Positions 55,827-64,000 of a stretch of 64,000 nt of DNA are shown in pieces; the stretch's first letter is position 1; each line of letters starts with the position of its first letter. This stretch comes from Pseudomonadota bacterium (GTDB taxonomy: Bacteria; Bdellovibrionota_B; Oligoflexia; Silvanigrellales; Silvanigrellaceae). Made by a program: the position numbers and the translations under genes. The notes beneath the pieces are model-generated. The model made no database searches and was not told where the DNA came from. It saw only the letters and a program-made list of their open reading frames with translations. The stretch covers positions 32,564 to 96,563 of the forward strand of contig JBDLRP010000045.1 in the NCBI GenBank assembly GCA_039799905.1, given 5' to 3'.

Positions 55827-58508
55827 GTGGCCCGTCGGGACGTTTTTGAGAAGCCTTTTGAACCAAACCAAATTGAAGGTCATTTGCGGGACTATTGGGA
55901 GTCTCACAAGTTTTTCAAAGCGCAGCGGGATGCGAATAAAAAGGCCTATACGATCGTCATGCCGCCTCCCAACGTGACGGGTGACCTCACCATGGGTCAT
56001 GTTCTCAACAACACCCTGCAGGATATTCTCATCCGCTGGAACCGGGCCGACGGAAAAGCCGCCTGCTGGATTCCGGGTACAGACCACGCGAGTATCGCAA
56101 CTGAAGCCAAGGTAACAAAGATGCTCGCCGAGCAGGGTATCAGCAAGCGCGATATCGGGCGTGAAGAGTTTCTGAAGCACGCTTGGGCATGGAAGGAAAA
56201 ATACGGCGGCCGGATTGTTTCGCTTCTTAAAACGCTCGGAGTCAGCTGCGACTGGGACAGAGAAGTCTTTACGATGGGGCCCGAGTATTCCAAAGCCGTC
56301 ATCAAGGCGATTGTAAAACTGTACAAAGATGGACTCGTTTACCGGGGATTCCGTCTGGTGAACTGGTGTCCTGTCAGCCAGTCGGTGATTTCCGATGAGG
56401 AAGTCAATCCAGAAGAGCGCAATGGTCACTTGTGGCATATCCGCTACCCTGTCGAAGGCAAGGCCGGACAGTTTTTGATTGTCGCCACCACGCGTCCGGA
56501 AACATTATTCGGCGACTTGGCTGTCGCGGTGCATCCGGATGATGAGCGCTACTCCTCGCTTATCGGGCAAAAGGTGATCGTGCCTGTGTGCAACCGCGCC
56601 ATTCCCGTGATCGCAGACACCTATGTCGAAAAAGATTTCGGAACCGGCGTCGTCAAAATCACCCCCGCACATGACATGAACGACTTCGCAGTGGGCGAGC
56701 GGCACAAACTCGGGCTTCTCAACGTAATGAATCCCGATGCGACGATGAACGACAAAGCGCCGCAAGCGTATCAGGGGTTGGATCGCTTTGTTGCGCGTAA
56801 AAAACTCGTCGCTGAGCTCGAGTCGGCCGGGCTCCTCGAGAAAATCACTCCGCATAAAATGGTTGTTGGCATTTCAGAGCGCGGCGGAGTTCCGATTGAG
56901 TATTATCTGAGCGAGCAATGGTACATCAAGATGGACAAGCTTGCGGAAATCGCGCTCAACGCGACCCGTGGCGGACAGCTCAAACTCCATCCGCCACACA
57001 TGGAGAAAATTTGGGAGTATTGGCTGACGAACATCAAGGACTGGTGCATCTCGCGGCAGTTGTGGTGGGGGCATCAGATGCCCATGTACACATGCCAATC
57101 GTGCGGACACGTCGCCTGCGCCGAAGAGCATCCTGCTGCCTGTGAAAAGTGCGGTCATGCAAAACTCACGCAAGATTCTGACTGTCTTGATACGTGGGCA
57201 AGCAGTTGGTTGTGGCCCTTCGGAGTGCACAACTGGGCCGACCCGACCGAAGAGCAAAAGAAGGATTTGCAGTACTTTTATCCGACCGACATCATCGTCA
57301 CAGGTCCGGACATCATCTTCTTCTGGATTGCCCGCATGATTATGGCCGGCGGCTACTTTACCGACACAACCGCCTTCAAGGACGTTTATTTTACGCCGAT
57401 CATCCGCGACTCCAAAGGCCGTAAGATGAGCAAGTCGCTCGGAAACAGTCCTGACGTCAATGCGCTGATTGCAAAATACGGAACAGATGCATTGCGCTTC
57501 AGCGTCATCAATCAGGTCGTGCTCGGACAGGATATTTTCTGGTCCGACGACGCTTGCGAGCTGGGCCGAACGTTTGCGAACAAGATCTGGAACGCCACCC
57601 GTTTTCTTCTTATGAATGCCGAGAAGCACGGCGTGGATTCTTCTGCTGTGAGTTTCGATCAGCTCAACCGCAGGCCGGACGATACACTCCTCGGCTGGAT
57701 GACCTCCGAATTTTTTGCGGTTGTGCAAAAGGCGCACGACAGCATCGGTAAGCTTGAGTTCGCTCAATACACGTCGTCCCTCTATGAGTACGTCTGGATG
57801 GTCTATTGCGACTGGTTCGTCGAGTTGTGCAAACCCCGCTTTGCGGATCCGGCAACACTTTCCGATGCGCAAAAGCAGCTTGCGGGCGAGACGATCCGCA
57901 CGGCTCTGCAATTGCTTGATGGAGTGCTTCGCCTTCTGCATCCGGTGATGCCATTTGTGACTGAACAAATCTGGCAGAATTTGGGTAACCACGCGGGCAA
58001 GACGGTCGGACAGGCGGCTCTGCCGCGGCCTCGCGAGGATATGCTGGACACGCAGGCGATTGCAGCCATGCGCGAAGTGCAGTCTGTGGTGGGTGCGGTG
58101 CGCGCTGTGCGCGGGCAGTTTTCCATTCACCCGGCGGCCGACCTTAAGGTCACCGTCAACACATCCAAAGACAGATTTGGTTTGATGGTCCCGCAAATGG
58201 AATTCCTTGCGCGCGCTGCATTCAGCTTTTCCTCGCAGCGCCCCGCGCTCTGCGGCACCGCGCTGGCTGGCGGAATCGAGGTTTTCGTCGATCTGGCCGG
58301 CTTTGTAGACCCTGCCGCAGAACGCGACCGGCTCGGCAAAAAAATCCAGAAAGTCGAGCAGACGTTGGAGGGAATTCGCAAGCGTCTTTCAAACGAGGAG
58401 TTCGTCAAATCCGCGCCTGCAAACATTGTTGCGGGTGCGCGCGAACAGCTTGCTGCAAACGAAAATGAACTCGCAGTTCTGCAGGCGAGTTTGAAGTCAC
58501 TCGGCTGA
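55827..58508 (+). CDS. valS: Valine--tRNA ligase
   Basis: PPPNVTG.LTMGH, GTDHASIAT, ATTRPET, GTGVVKITPAHD, DWCISRQLWWGH, KMSKSLGN; C-terminal coiled coil. Start 55815 or 55827. Confidence 0.98.
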   Translation: MARRDVFEKPFEPNQIEGHLRDYWESHKFFKAQRDANKKAYTIVMPPPNVTGDLTMGHVLNNTLQDILIRWNRADGKAACWIPGTDHASIATEAKVTKMLAEQGISKRDIGREEFLKHAWAWKEKYGGRIVSLLKTLGVSCDWDREVFTMGPEYSKAVIKAIVKLYKDGLVYRGFRLVNWCPVSQSVISDEEVNPEERNGHLWHIRYPVEGKAGQFLIVATTRPETLFGDLAVAVHPDDERYSSLIGQKVIVPVCNRAIPVIADTYVEKDFGTGVVKITPAHDMNDFAVGERHKLGLLNVMNPDATMNDKAPQAYQGLDRFVARKKLVAELESAGLLEKITPHKMVVGISERGGVPIEYYLSEQWYIKMDKLAEIALNATRGGQLKLHPPHMEKIWEYWLTNIKDWCISRQLWWGHQMPMYTCQSCGHVACAEEHPAACEKCGHAKLTQDSDCLDTWASSWLWPFGVHNWADPTEEQKKDLQYFYPTDIIVTGPDIIFFWIARMIMAGGYFTDTTAFKDVYFTPIIRDSKGRKMSKSLGNSPDVNALIAKYGTDALRFSVINQVVLGQDIFWSDDACELGRTFANKIWNATRFLLMNAEKHGVDSSAVSFDQLNRRPDDTLLGWMTSEFFAVVQKAHDSIGKLEFAQYTSSLYEYVWMVYCDWFVELCKPRFADPATLSDAQKQLAGETIRTALQLLDGVLRLLHPVMPFVTEQIWQNLGNHAGKTVGQAALPRPREDMLDTQAIAAMREVQSVVGAVRAVRGQFSIHPAADLKVTVNTSKDRFGLMVPQMEFLARAAFSFSSQRPALCGTALAGGIEVFVDLAGFVDPAAERDRLGKKIQKVEQTLEGIRKRLSNEEFVKSAPANIVAGAREQLAANENELAVLQASLKSLG

Positions 58509-58523
58509 GCAACGGAGTTTGTC

Positions 58524-59063
58524 ATGAAGAATTTATTCTGGCTTGATATGGAAATGACCGGCTTGGAACCGCAGCAACATCGGATCCTCGAGGTTGCCGT
58601 GATCATTACGGACTGGTCGTTCCGCCCGCTGAAGACTTTTTCAACAGCCGTGTTTCAGCCCGCCGACGAACTCGCAAAAATGGACGACTGGTGCGTGAAA
58701 ACCCACACTGGGAGTGGTTTGTTGGGGCGAGTTCCCGAAGGCATGCGCGAGCCGGACGTCGACGCTGCTCTGACCGCCCTTGCGGGTGAGTTCTTCGCAG
58801 GTGATGAGCGGGTCGTGCTGTGCGGCAATTCGATCGGTCAGGATAGAAAATTTATCGACCTGTATCTGCCAAAATTTTCTGCCAAGCTGCACTATCGCAT
58901 GTTGGATGTGTCTTCTTTCAAAATCGTCTTCGAGAATGCCTTCAATCAGAAGTTCAAAAAGAAAAACCGTCACGAGGCGCTTGGCGACATCGAGGAATCT
59001 ATCGCTGAACTGCAGTACTATTTTTCTTTTCTTGACCGCGCCAAACTCGGAGTTACACCATGA
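58524..59063 (+). CDS. orn: Oligoribonuclease
   Basis: WLDMEMTGL, ILEVA..ITD, LCGNSI.QDR.F, HYR.LDVSS, H.AL.DI.ESI.EL.YY. Confidence 0.96.
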   Translation: MKNLFWLDMEMTGLEPQQHRILEVAVIITDWSFRPLKTFSTAVFQPADELAKMDDWCVKTHTGSGLLGRVPEGMREPDVDAALTALAGEFFAGDERVVLCGNSIGQDRKFIDLYLPKFSAKLHYRMLDVSSFKIVFENAFNQKFKKKNRHEALGDIEESIAELQYYFSFLDRAKLGVTP

Positions 59064-59815
59064 GTGCCGAGCTGCTCTCTTTGTGGGACTCCGAGGCCAC
59101 ACAAGACCCTCGTACTCAAACGGCGAAATTGATCCGCAAGCTTGTCCGCGCAGCCTCGCACGACGAGGCCCTGCAAAAGATTTCGCAATTGGATGTTCTC
59201 GACCTTGCAGTTGACCCGTGGATGAAGCGGAGTTGGCCGCTTGATTTGAGTCTTGTGCAGCTTCTGCCTGTTGTCAGGGGCATCAAACTCAACGGCAGCG
59301 CAGTTTTGAGTCTCGAACCGCTTCAGACTCTCACCGGCCTGCGAACACTTCATCTTGATGAACTCGATTTGGAAAATGCCGCTTGGTTGTCGGCGTTGAT
59401 TTCCCTTGAAGTGGTTTCGTTGCGCAGGAACAAACTGCGCGATGTGGGTTTCTTCGCGGGTTTGCCGAATATCCGCGAGGTGAACGTCGCTGAAAACAGT
59501 CTGACGACACTCAGCCCTTTTTCGCAGCTGGAAAAACTCCGTTTGCTCGACGCCTCACAGAATATGATTGCTGATTTGGCGCCGCTGTCAAAGCGCAGAA
59601 GCTTGCGGGTGTTGCGCCTGCGCCGCAATGCTCTGACAAGCCTCGAAGGGCTCGAGGATCTGCGTGACCTCGATGAGCTTGATGTGCGTGAAAACAGAAT
59701 ATTGTCGCTCAAGCCAATCAAAGAGCTGTCAATGCTCAATACCCTCGGGATTGCCGGAAATCCTCTGACGGATGATGATGTCGATACCGTCCGCAGGTCG
59801 ATCCGACTGTTGTGA
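59060..59815 (+). CDS. Leucine-rich-repeat protein (internalin-like repeats)
   Basis: 22-aa LxxLxxLxLxxNxLxxL repeats; ATGA overlap with orn. Confidence 0.88.
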   Translation: MSAELLSLWDSEATQDPRTQTAKLIRKLVRAASHDEALQKISQLDVLDLAVDPWMKRSWPLDLSLVQLLPVVRGIKLNGSAVLSLEPLQTLTGLRTLHLDELDLENAAWLSALISLEVVSLRRNKLRDVGFFAGLPNIREVNVAENSLTTLSPFSQLEKLRLLDASQNMIADLAPLSKRRSLRVLRLRRNALTSLEGLEDLRDLDELDVRENRILSLKPIKELSMLNTLGIAGNPLTDDDVDTVRRSIRLL

Positions 59816-59874
59816 GATGAGTCACAAAGATCACTCATGCGGTGGAAAAATCTATTGCCTTGAGGTCGGATAAT

Positions 59875-60858
59875 ATGCAGCTCATCGAAGTTGAGATTTC
59901 CAAGCTTTTGTCGAGGGAGCGTCTTTCGGGCAAAACTTCTGCACTGCATGAATTCGTACTGCGTAAAAAATCTCCGGACGTGGACCGCCAGATTGCGGAA
60001 ATTTGCCAGTTGGTGCCTCTCCATCAGCTGACAATCGAGGACTGCGTCAAGGGCAACCAGCGCGCGAAGCTTGAGAAGTTTCCCACTTACTTGTTCTTTG
60101 TTATTCATCATTTTGAAGAAAATGCTACGGGCATCAGTGAAATTCACGTCGTGATCACCGAGTCGGCGTTGTTGTTGATCGCCGACAGCCTGCCGCCCGA
60201 CGGATATAAAGACTGGACTGAATATTTGAATCTCAGCTCCGATTCCACCCTGTCTGAGGTTGTGCATAACATTTTCGACCGCTGCGTGGACAGCGCCGAA
60301 CGGCGTGTCGCCGTGCTAGAAGATATGGTCGGACGCGCTGAGCTGCTGATTGTCGAAGAGAAGTTCGATCCCAAATTGATTCTCAGACTCAAGCAGCAAT
60401 CACTGCGTTTTCAGCGTGCAGTCTCGGGCACTCTGGCAGTCGTTCGCGAATTTACCGCTGTAGCGGATCTTTCGAATGAGCAGATGCTCTGGTTCCGAAA
60501 TATTTTGGATCATCAGGAACGTCTGAGCCGTGAGATGGGGTTTCTGCACAGTGAAATGATCGCATTGTTCGACGTTTTTTGGGGTGCTTCGGGATTCTCG
60601 ACAAACGAGCAGATCAAGCGTCTGACACTCATGGCAACCATCGGCGTGCCGCTTGCGTTTTGGACTAGTTTCTTTGGCATGAATTTTGAAGTTTTGCCGT
60701 TCAAGGAGCCTTGGCTGTTTGGCTTGGCCGTAGCGCTTATGTTTTTGAGTGTGAGTGGTATCTTTTTCTACTTGAAACGGGCAGGCCTTTTCCGTGTTCA
60801 AAGGGCCCGACCGGCGAAAATCTATTCCGAATTACGGGAAAAAGGCCTTTTGACCTGA
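59875..60858 (+). CDS. corA: CorA-family divalent cation transporter
   Basis: LH.LTIEDC....QRAKLE, NE.IKRLT, FFGMNF..LP, two C-terminal TMs. Confidence 0.92.
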   Translation: MQLIEVEISKLLSRERLSGKTSALHEFVLRKKSPDVDRQIAEICQLVPLHQLTIEDCVKGNQRAKLEKFPTYLFFVIHHFEENATGISEIHVVITESALLLIADSLPPDGYKDWTEYLNLSSDSTLSEVVHNIFDRCVDSAERRVAVLEDMVGRAELLIVEEKFDPKLILRLKQQSLRFQRAVSGTLAVVREFTAVADLSNEQMLWFRNILDHQERLSREMGFLHSEMIALFDVFWGASGFSTNEQIKRLTLMATIGVPLAFWTSFFGMNFEVLPFKEPWLFGLAVALMFLSVSGIFFYLKRAGLFRVQRARPAKIYSELREKGLLT

Positions 60859-60877
60859 TCATTCCCGCGCGCGAAAC

Positions 60878-61129
60878 TCAAGTTTCATCTACGGTGCATG
60901 CTGAGCCGTCAGATGCATCGGTGAAATGAACCCGTGCGGCCTTTGATTCTGAAAAGTAGAGTTCCCAGCTGCCGTTTGGAAGTTTGACCGAGTCGACCAC
61001 AACTTTTTTATAGTAACCCCTGGGATTATCACACTGGTGGTCAGGATAAGGCTGCCAATCAGGACCACTGCTCCCGATTGAAATTTCTGCCTTTCCGATC
61101 GGTGCATCTTCGTTCCGGCTCAGTGTCAT
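60878..61129 (-). pseudogene. Probable 3' remnant of a gene for an exported protein
   Basis: Protein-like 83-aa ORF with two Cys; no SD or signal peptide; in-frame TAG four codons above the ATG. Confidence 0.35.
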
Positions 61130-61144
61130 TGTTGTGATCTATAA

Positions 61145-61636
61145 AGTCGGTGGATTCTTGCAACCGACAATCCCGATGCTTTGGCATTCTTTGACGATTT
61201 GCTGAGTGGTTTTACTCCGCGAAAAATTGGAAAACAGTTTGGCTTGCCGGCGCATCGCATTCAAAAGTATCTGAGTTTGCTTGAAAAGGCTGGACTCATT
61301 GACTGGCTTCCGCGCGACCGCTGCTCATTGAGGGTCGCAGGTGAGCCGCGTTGGTCAAAGGATGGTCCTCTGGTGCGTCATTTTCGCAACGAGATTAAAG
61401 AGACTTTTTTGAAGCAGGAAAAGTCATGAATAGATTTGTTCGCAATCCATCATTTGTTGCCTTCTGATGCCGAATGCGTCGAACGCAAGACGCTCGAATT
61501 CATCGATGTGATCCGCCAGAGTGAGTCGAAGGCGAAAGTGCAGAATGAACAAACGGTGTCTGTCGGCGTTTCGTTGCAGATAAAAGACTATCGTTGGCCA
61601 CTTGAAAATTATCTGCACAAAAGAAGCGCAAGGTGA
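61145..61636 (+). pseudogene. 5'-truncated HTH transcriptional regulator remnant with in-frame TGA
   Basis: Track ORFs 61181..61429 and 61436..61636 share a frame (KQEKS*IDLFAIH); L..LEK.GLI.WLP......V.....W...GPL...F motif; TAA at 61142, no N-terminal DNA-binding domain. Confidence 0.65.
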
Positions 61637-61650
61637 GCGATTGTTCCTGT

Positions 61651-62307
61651 TCAATAGTCATTGTCATTGCAGTCTGGTCCTTTTTCGGTTTCAACCGTCA
61701 TAGAAACTTTTCTGACCTTGTATTTAGAAGGAATCGAGGCAGCGTCTGCACGGCCAATCATTTCGTCTCCAGTCGCACAGTTTTCTCCCGGCACTGATTC
61801 AATCAATTTGATTTGGATATCCGTTCCCTCTTTGGTTGCAGAAGTTGATTCAATGCTGTCGATTCGGATGTCGCAACAAGAACTACGCCATGAACGGTGG
61901 ATAAGAATCAGGGATGATTTTTTGAAATCAAACTGATGCAATGATCCTTTTGAGTCGTAAAAATTAAACACCTTTTTCAGTTCTTCGCTGTTTGTCACAA
62001 GATGCCACTTTGGCCCTCGCTCGGTTTTTTCGTTCCAACCTTCGCTAAAGCTAAGTTTAACAGTCTCGAATGGTATTTCTCTCGGATTTTTAATTCGAGT
62101 TGTAACCTTTTTGAGAGTTGATTCTTTTTTCTTTTGTGCTGGCTGTTTGACCAGTGGACGGGGTGTGGGCTGTAATGATTCGACCTTTGCAGGAGGGGCG
62201 GCAGACTCAGATTGCTCCGTCTCAAGCGTTCGGGAACCGTCACTACGACCGCCTGAAAGACAGCCAGTCAAAAGAAAAATCGAACTGATTGCTAAAATGG
62301 AGTGCAT
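61651..62307 (-). CDS. Lipoprotein with PrcB C-terminal-like domain
   Basis: Lipobox LTGC; FDFKK..LI......S....I.I.SI.....P..NC motif. Confidence 0.7.
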   Translation of the reverse strand: MHSILAISSIFLLTGCLSGGRSDGSRTLETEQSESAAPPAKVESLQPTPRPLVKQPAQKKKESTLKKVTTRIKNPREIPFETVKLSFSEGWNEKTERGPKWHLVTNSEELKKVFNFYDSKGSLHQFDFKKSSLILIHRSWRSSCCDIRIDSIESTSATKEGTDIQIKLIESVPGENCATGDEMIGRADAASIPSKYKVRKVSMTVETEKGPDCNDNDY

Positions 62308-62358
62308 TTTGGTCTTTCCCCAAAGTTGTGCTCACAAAAGTTCACAATAGCGCGTCTT

Positions 62359-63549
62359 TCACTTCTCGGGAATATAGTTCGTGGCTGTCTCACGTATCGC
62401 TTTCAAGAGTGGAATGAGGGTCAGGAACAACAGAGCGGTGAAGACGCCGGCGAGTGCCTTCAAAGCGAACGGCGTTCCAAAGCGGTCAATCAGATAGCCG
62501 ACGGCGGGACCAAAGATTGCGAAACCAAGCCTGAAAAAGAAGCTCTGCAGCGAGTTGGCTGTTGCCCGAAATGCCGCAGGAGTGCGCCAGTTGAGTGCAT
62601 CGCGGAGCAAGACTTGGCAGATGCCGCGACTGAGTTGAAACAGCAGACCGAGTCCCACGACAGCAATGCCGCCGAAAAAGGCGAGGCTCAGGTAACCGAC
62701 AATCGGCGCAACAGCCATGAAAATCAGCAGCGGACTCGGGCCCCAGCGCTGCTCAACCCAATGAACCTGCTTTCCGACCAGTCCCACGCTCAAGTTGTAG
62801 GCTGCCCAAATCAACCCGAAAGATGCCAATGCGATTCCGCTCTCTTGCCAAGTTTTTTGAAAGATCCAGACAGCAAAAAAGGTCGACAGTCCCCAGACGG
62901 TGAGATTTGTGAAAGTCAGGATGAGAAGTTTATCCCGATTGAAAAAAACGTGCCTGAATACATCCCGAAAATTGTGCCAGTGGTTCTTATGAACCATTTT
63001 TTCATACGGCGTTTCATGGAGTGTGAGTGCTATGAAGAATGGAAGCCAACCGGCAAGGGCATGCGCAATGAGCACATGCTTGAATGAAAATGTGACGAGC
63101 AGTCCGCCAAGCACGGCAGCAACCGATTCTCCGCTGACCGAAGCCAGCTGCATGTTTGCGATAGCCTTCGTTCCCTCGCGCTGCTTTGATTTTTCGAGAG
63201 AGTCATAGAGGAGCGAAATATCGGCACCGGATACAAAACTCAGAGCCAGTGCAATGATGATCTCGTAGGCAACCAGCTGCCAGAAAGTCTTTGCATAAAA
63301 AAGGTAGGTGTAGCCGAGTCCCGAAATGAACGACCCTATGATGAGCGTTTTTTTGCGGCCCCATAAATCACAAAGATAGCCTGTGGGAATTTCGAGCGCG
63401 ACAACGGCGACGCCGAAAATAGCGGTCAGCTGGAAAACCTCGTGCATGTTCAGGCCAAGATTCAGAAAAAACGGGACTATGACGGGCATAATCACCAGAA
63501 ACATCCAGAAGAAACTGAACAGGTAGATTTTTTTCTGATTATTGAGCAT
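62359..63549 (-). CDS. MFS transporter
   Basis: EIPTGYLCDLWGRKKTL, SGAD.SLLYDSL, RATANS; about 12 TMs. Start 63549 or 63561. Confidence 0.93.
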   Translation of the reverse strand: MLNNQKKIYLFSFFWMFLVIMPVIVPFFLNLGLNMHEVFQLTAIFGVAVVALEIPTGYLCDLWGRKKTLIIGSFISGLGYTYLFYAKTFWQLVAYEIIIALALSFVSGADISLLYDSLEKSKQREGTKAIANMQLASVSGESVAAVLGGLLVTFSFKHVLIAHALAGWLPFFIALTLHETPYEKMVHKNHWHNFRDVFRHVFFNRDKLLILTFTNLTVWGLSTFFAVWIFQKTWQESGIALASFGLIWAAYNLSVGLVGKQVHWVEQRWGPSPLLIFMAVAPIVGYLSLAFFGGIAVVGLGLLFQLSRGICQVLLRDALNWRTPAAFRATANSLQSFFFRLGFAIFGPAVGYLIDRFGTPFALKALAGVFTALLFLTLIPLLKAIRETATNYIPEK

Positions 63550-64000
63550 TAACCTGCCCATGGCATCTTAGAATCACGTCCAGCCGCTTTCGGCGCGGCA
63601 CTTTCTCCGAAAACTCAAGTAGACGGCGTTCCAGTGGTGAGACTGATGAATAAAGCACCTGACACATCTGTTCTGCCTGCTTGACGATCTTCAGGTCAAT
63701 TCTTGAGAGCACGAAGTCACCGGAAAAATGGACTCCATCGTTGTCTATAAGCTGTCGCAAAAAATCTTCGCTTGAGATTTTGCGCGGGGTGAAATGTCTT
63801 TCTTTGAAGTAAAACTTACTGATGTCCAGAGCAGCGTCGGCAACGAAAATGAAATTGGGCGACAGTTCGCCCGATTTCCAGAGGGTGAATGCCCTCTCAT
63901 AAGCGCGCTGTACTTGTGATTGCGGGCGCAGGCTCAATAATAATCCAATCGTGACAAGAAAAATGAGTAGCCCATAGAATGCTTTTTTCGGAATGCGGGC
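63539..64000 (-). CDS. 3' part of a membrane protein entering from the window edge
   Basis: Frame open from 64000 (ARIPKKAFYGLLIFLVTIGLLLSLRP...) through track ORF 63539..63937. Confidence 0.65.
   Translation of the reverse strand, partial: ARIPKKAFYGLLIFLVTIGLLLSLRPQSQVQRAYERAFTLWKSGELSPNFIFVADAALDISKFYFKERHFTPRKISSEDFLRQLIDNDGVHFSGDFVLSRIDLKIVKQAEQMCQVLYSSVSPLERRLLEFSEKVPRRKRLDVILRCHGQVNAQ

Noticed and set aside
55960..56000. ValRS HIGH motif reading TMGH
   Set aside because: All other motifs are intact, and I recall His-to-Thr variants at this position in other bacterial ValRS; not evidence of inactivation.
56874..58196. 440-aa antisense ORF, and similar ones at 45730..46710, 59350..60267, 35383..36063 and 62302..63087
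   Set aside because: Each lies opposite a well-supported gene, with atypical composition and no motifs.

Overview
64 kb of mostly core chromosome from a Gram-negative bacterium. Gene content (myxobacterial/Bdellovibrio-type outer-membrane beta-barrel, STAS-like protein, many TPR proteins and lipoproteins) suggests Bdellovibrionota/Oligoflexia; this is inference, not a database result. Housekeeping genes include kdsB, a lapB-like gene, rsmB, HU, sdhCAB, an M16 protease pair, pgi, aroK, ctpA, rsmA, tsaD, cpoB-like, cysE, motAB, proline dehydrogenase, fabI, lptFG, gap, mutY, valS, orn, corA and tRNA-Leu(CAA). Signalling genes include a Crp-like protein, a REC-adenylate/guanylate cyclase, PAS-GGDEF, a STAS-like protein and PP2C. 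No integrase, transposase, prophage or CRISPR array was seen. The most unusual signals are: (1) a catalytically degenerate aldehyde dehydrogenase joined in frame, through an internal signal peptide, to an outer-membrane beta-barrel; (2) three Lys/Ala-rich histone-H1-like modules, one fused to a BCP peroxiredoxin, one carrying two AT-hooks next to mutY, and one inserted inside a REC-PilZ protein next to HU; (3) a shikimate kinase with a 13-copy 36-bp coding tandem repeat; (4) a hidden overlapping PLD-like ORF lacking HKD; (5) candidate sigma28 and sigma54 promoters in front of uncharacterised genes; (6) a probable deletion scar with two 5'-truncated gene remnants near 61.1 kb. All domain calls are by motif recognition by eye and need HMM confirmation.
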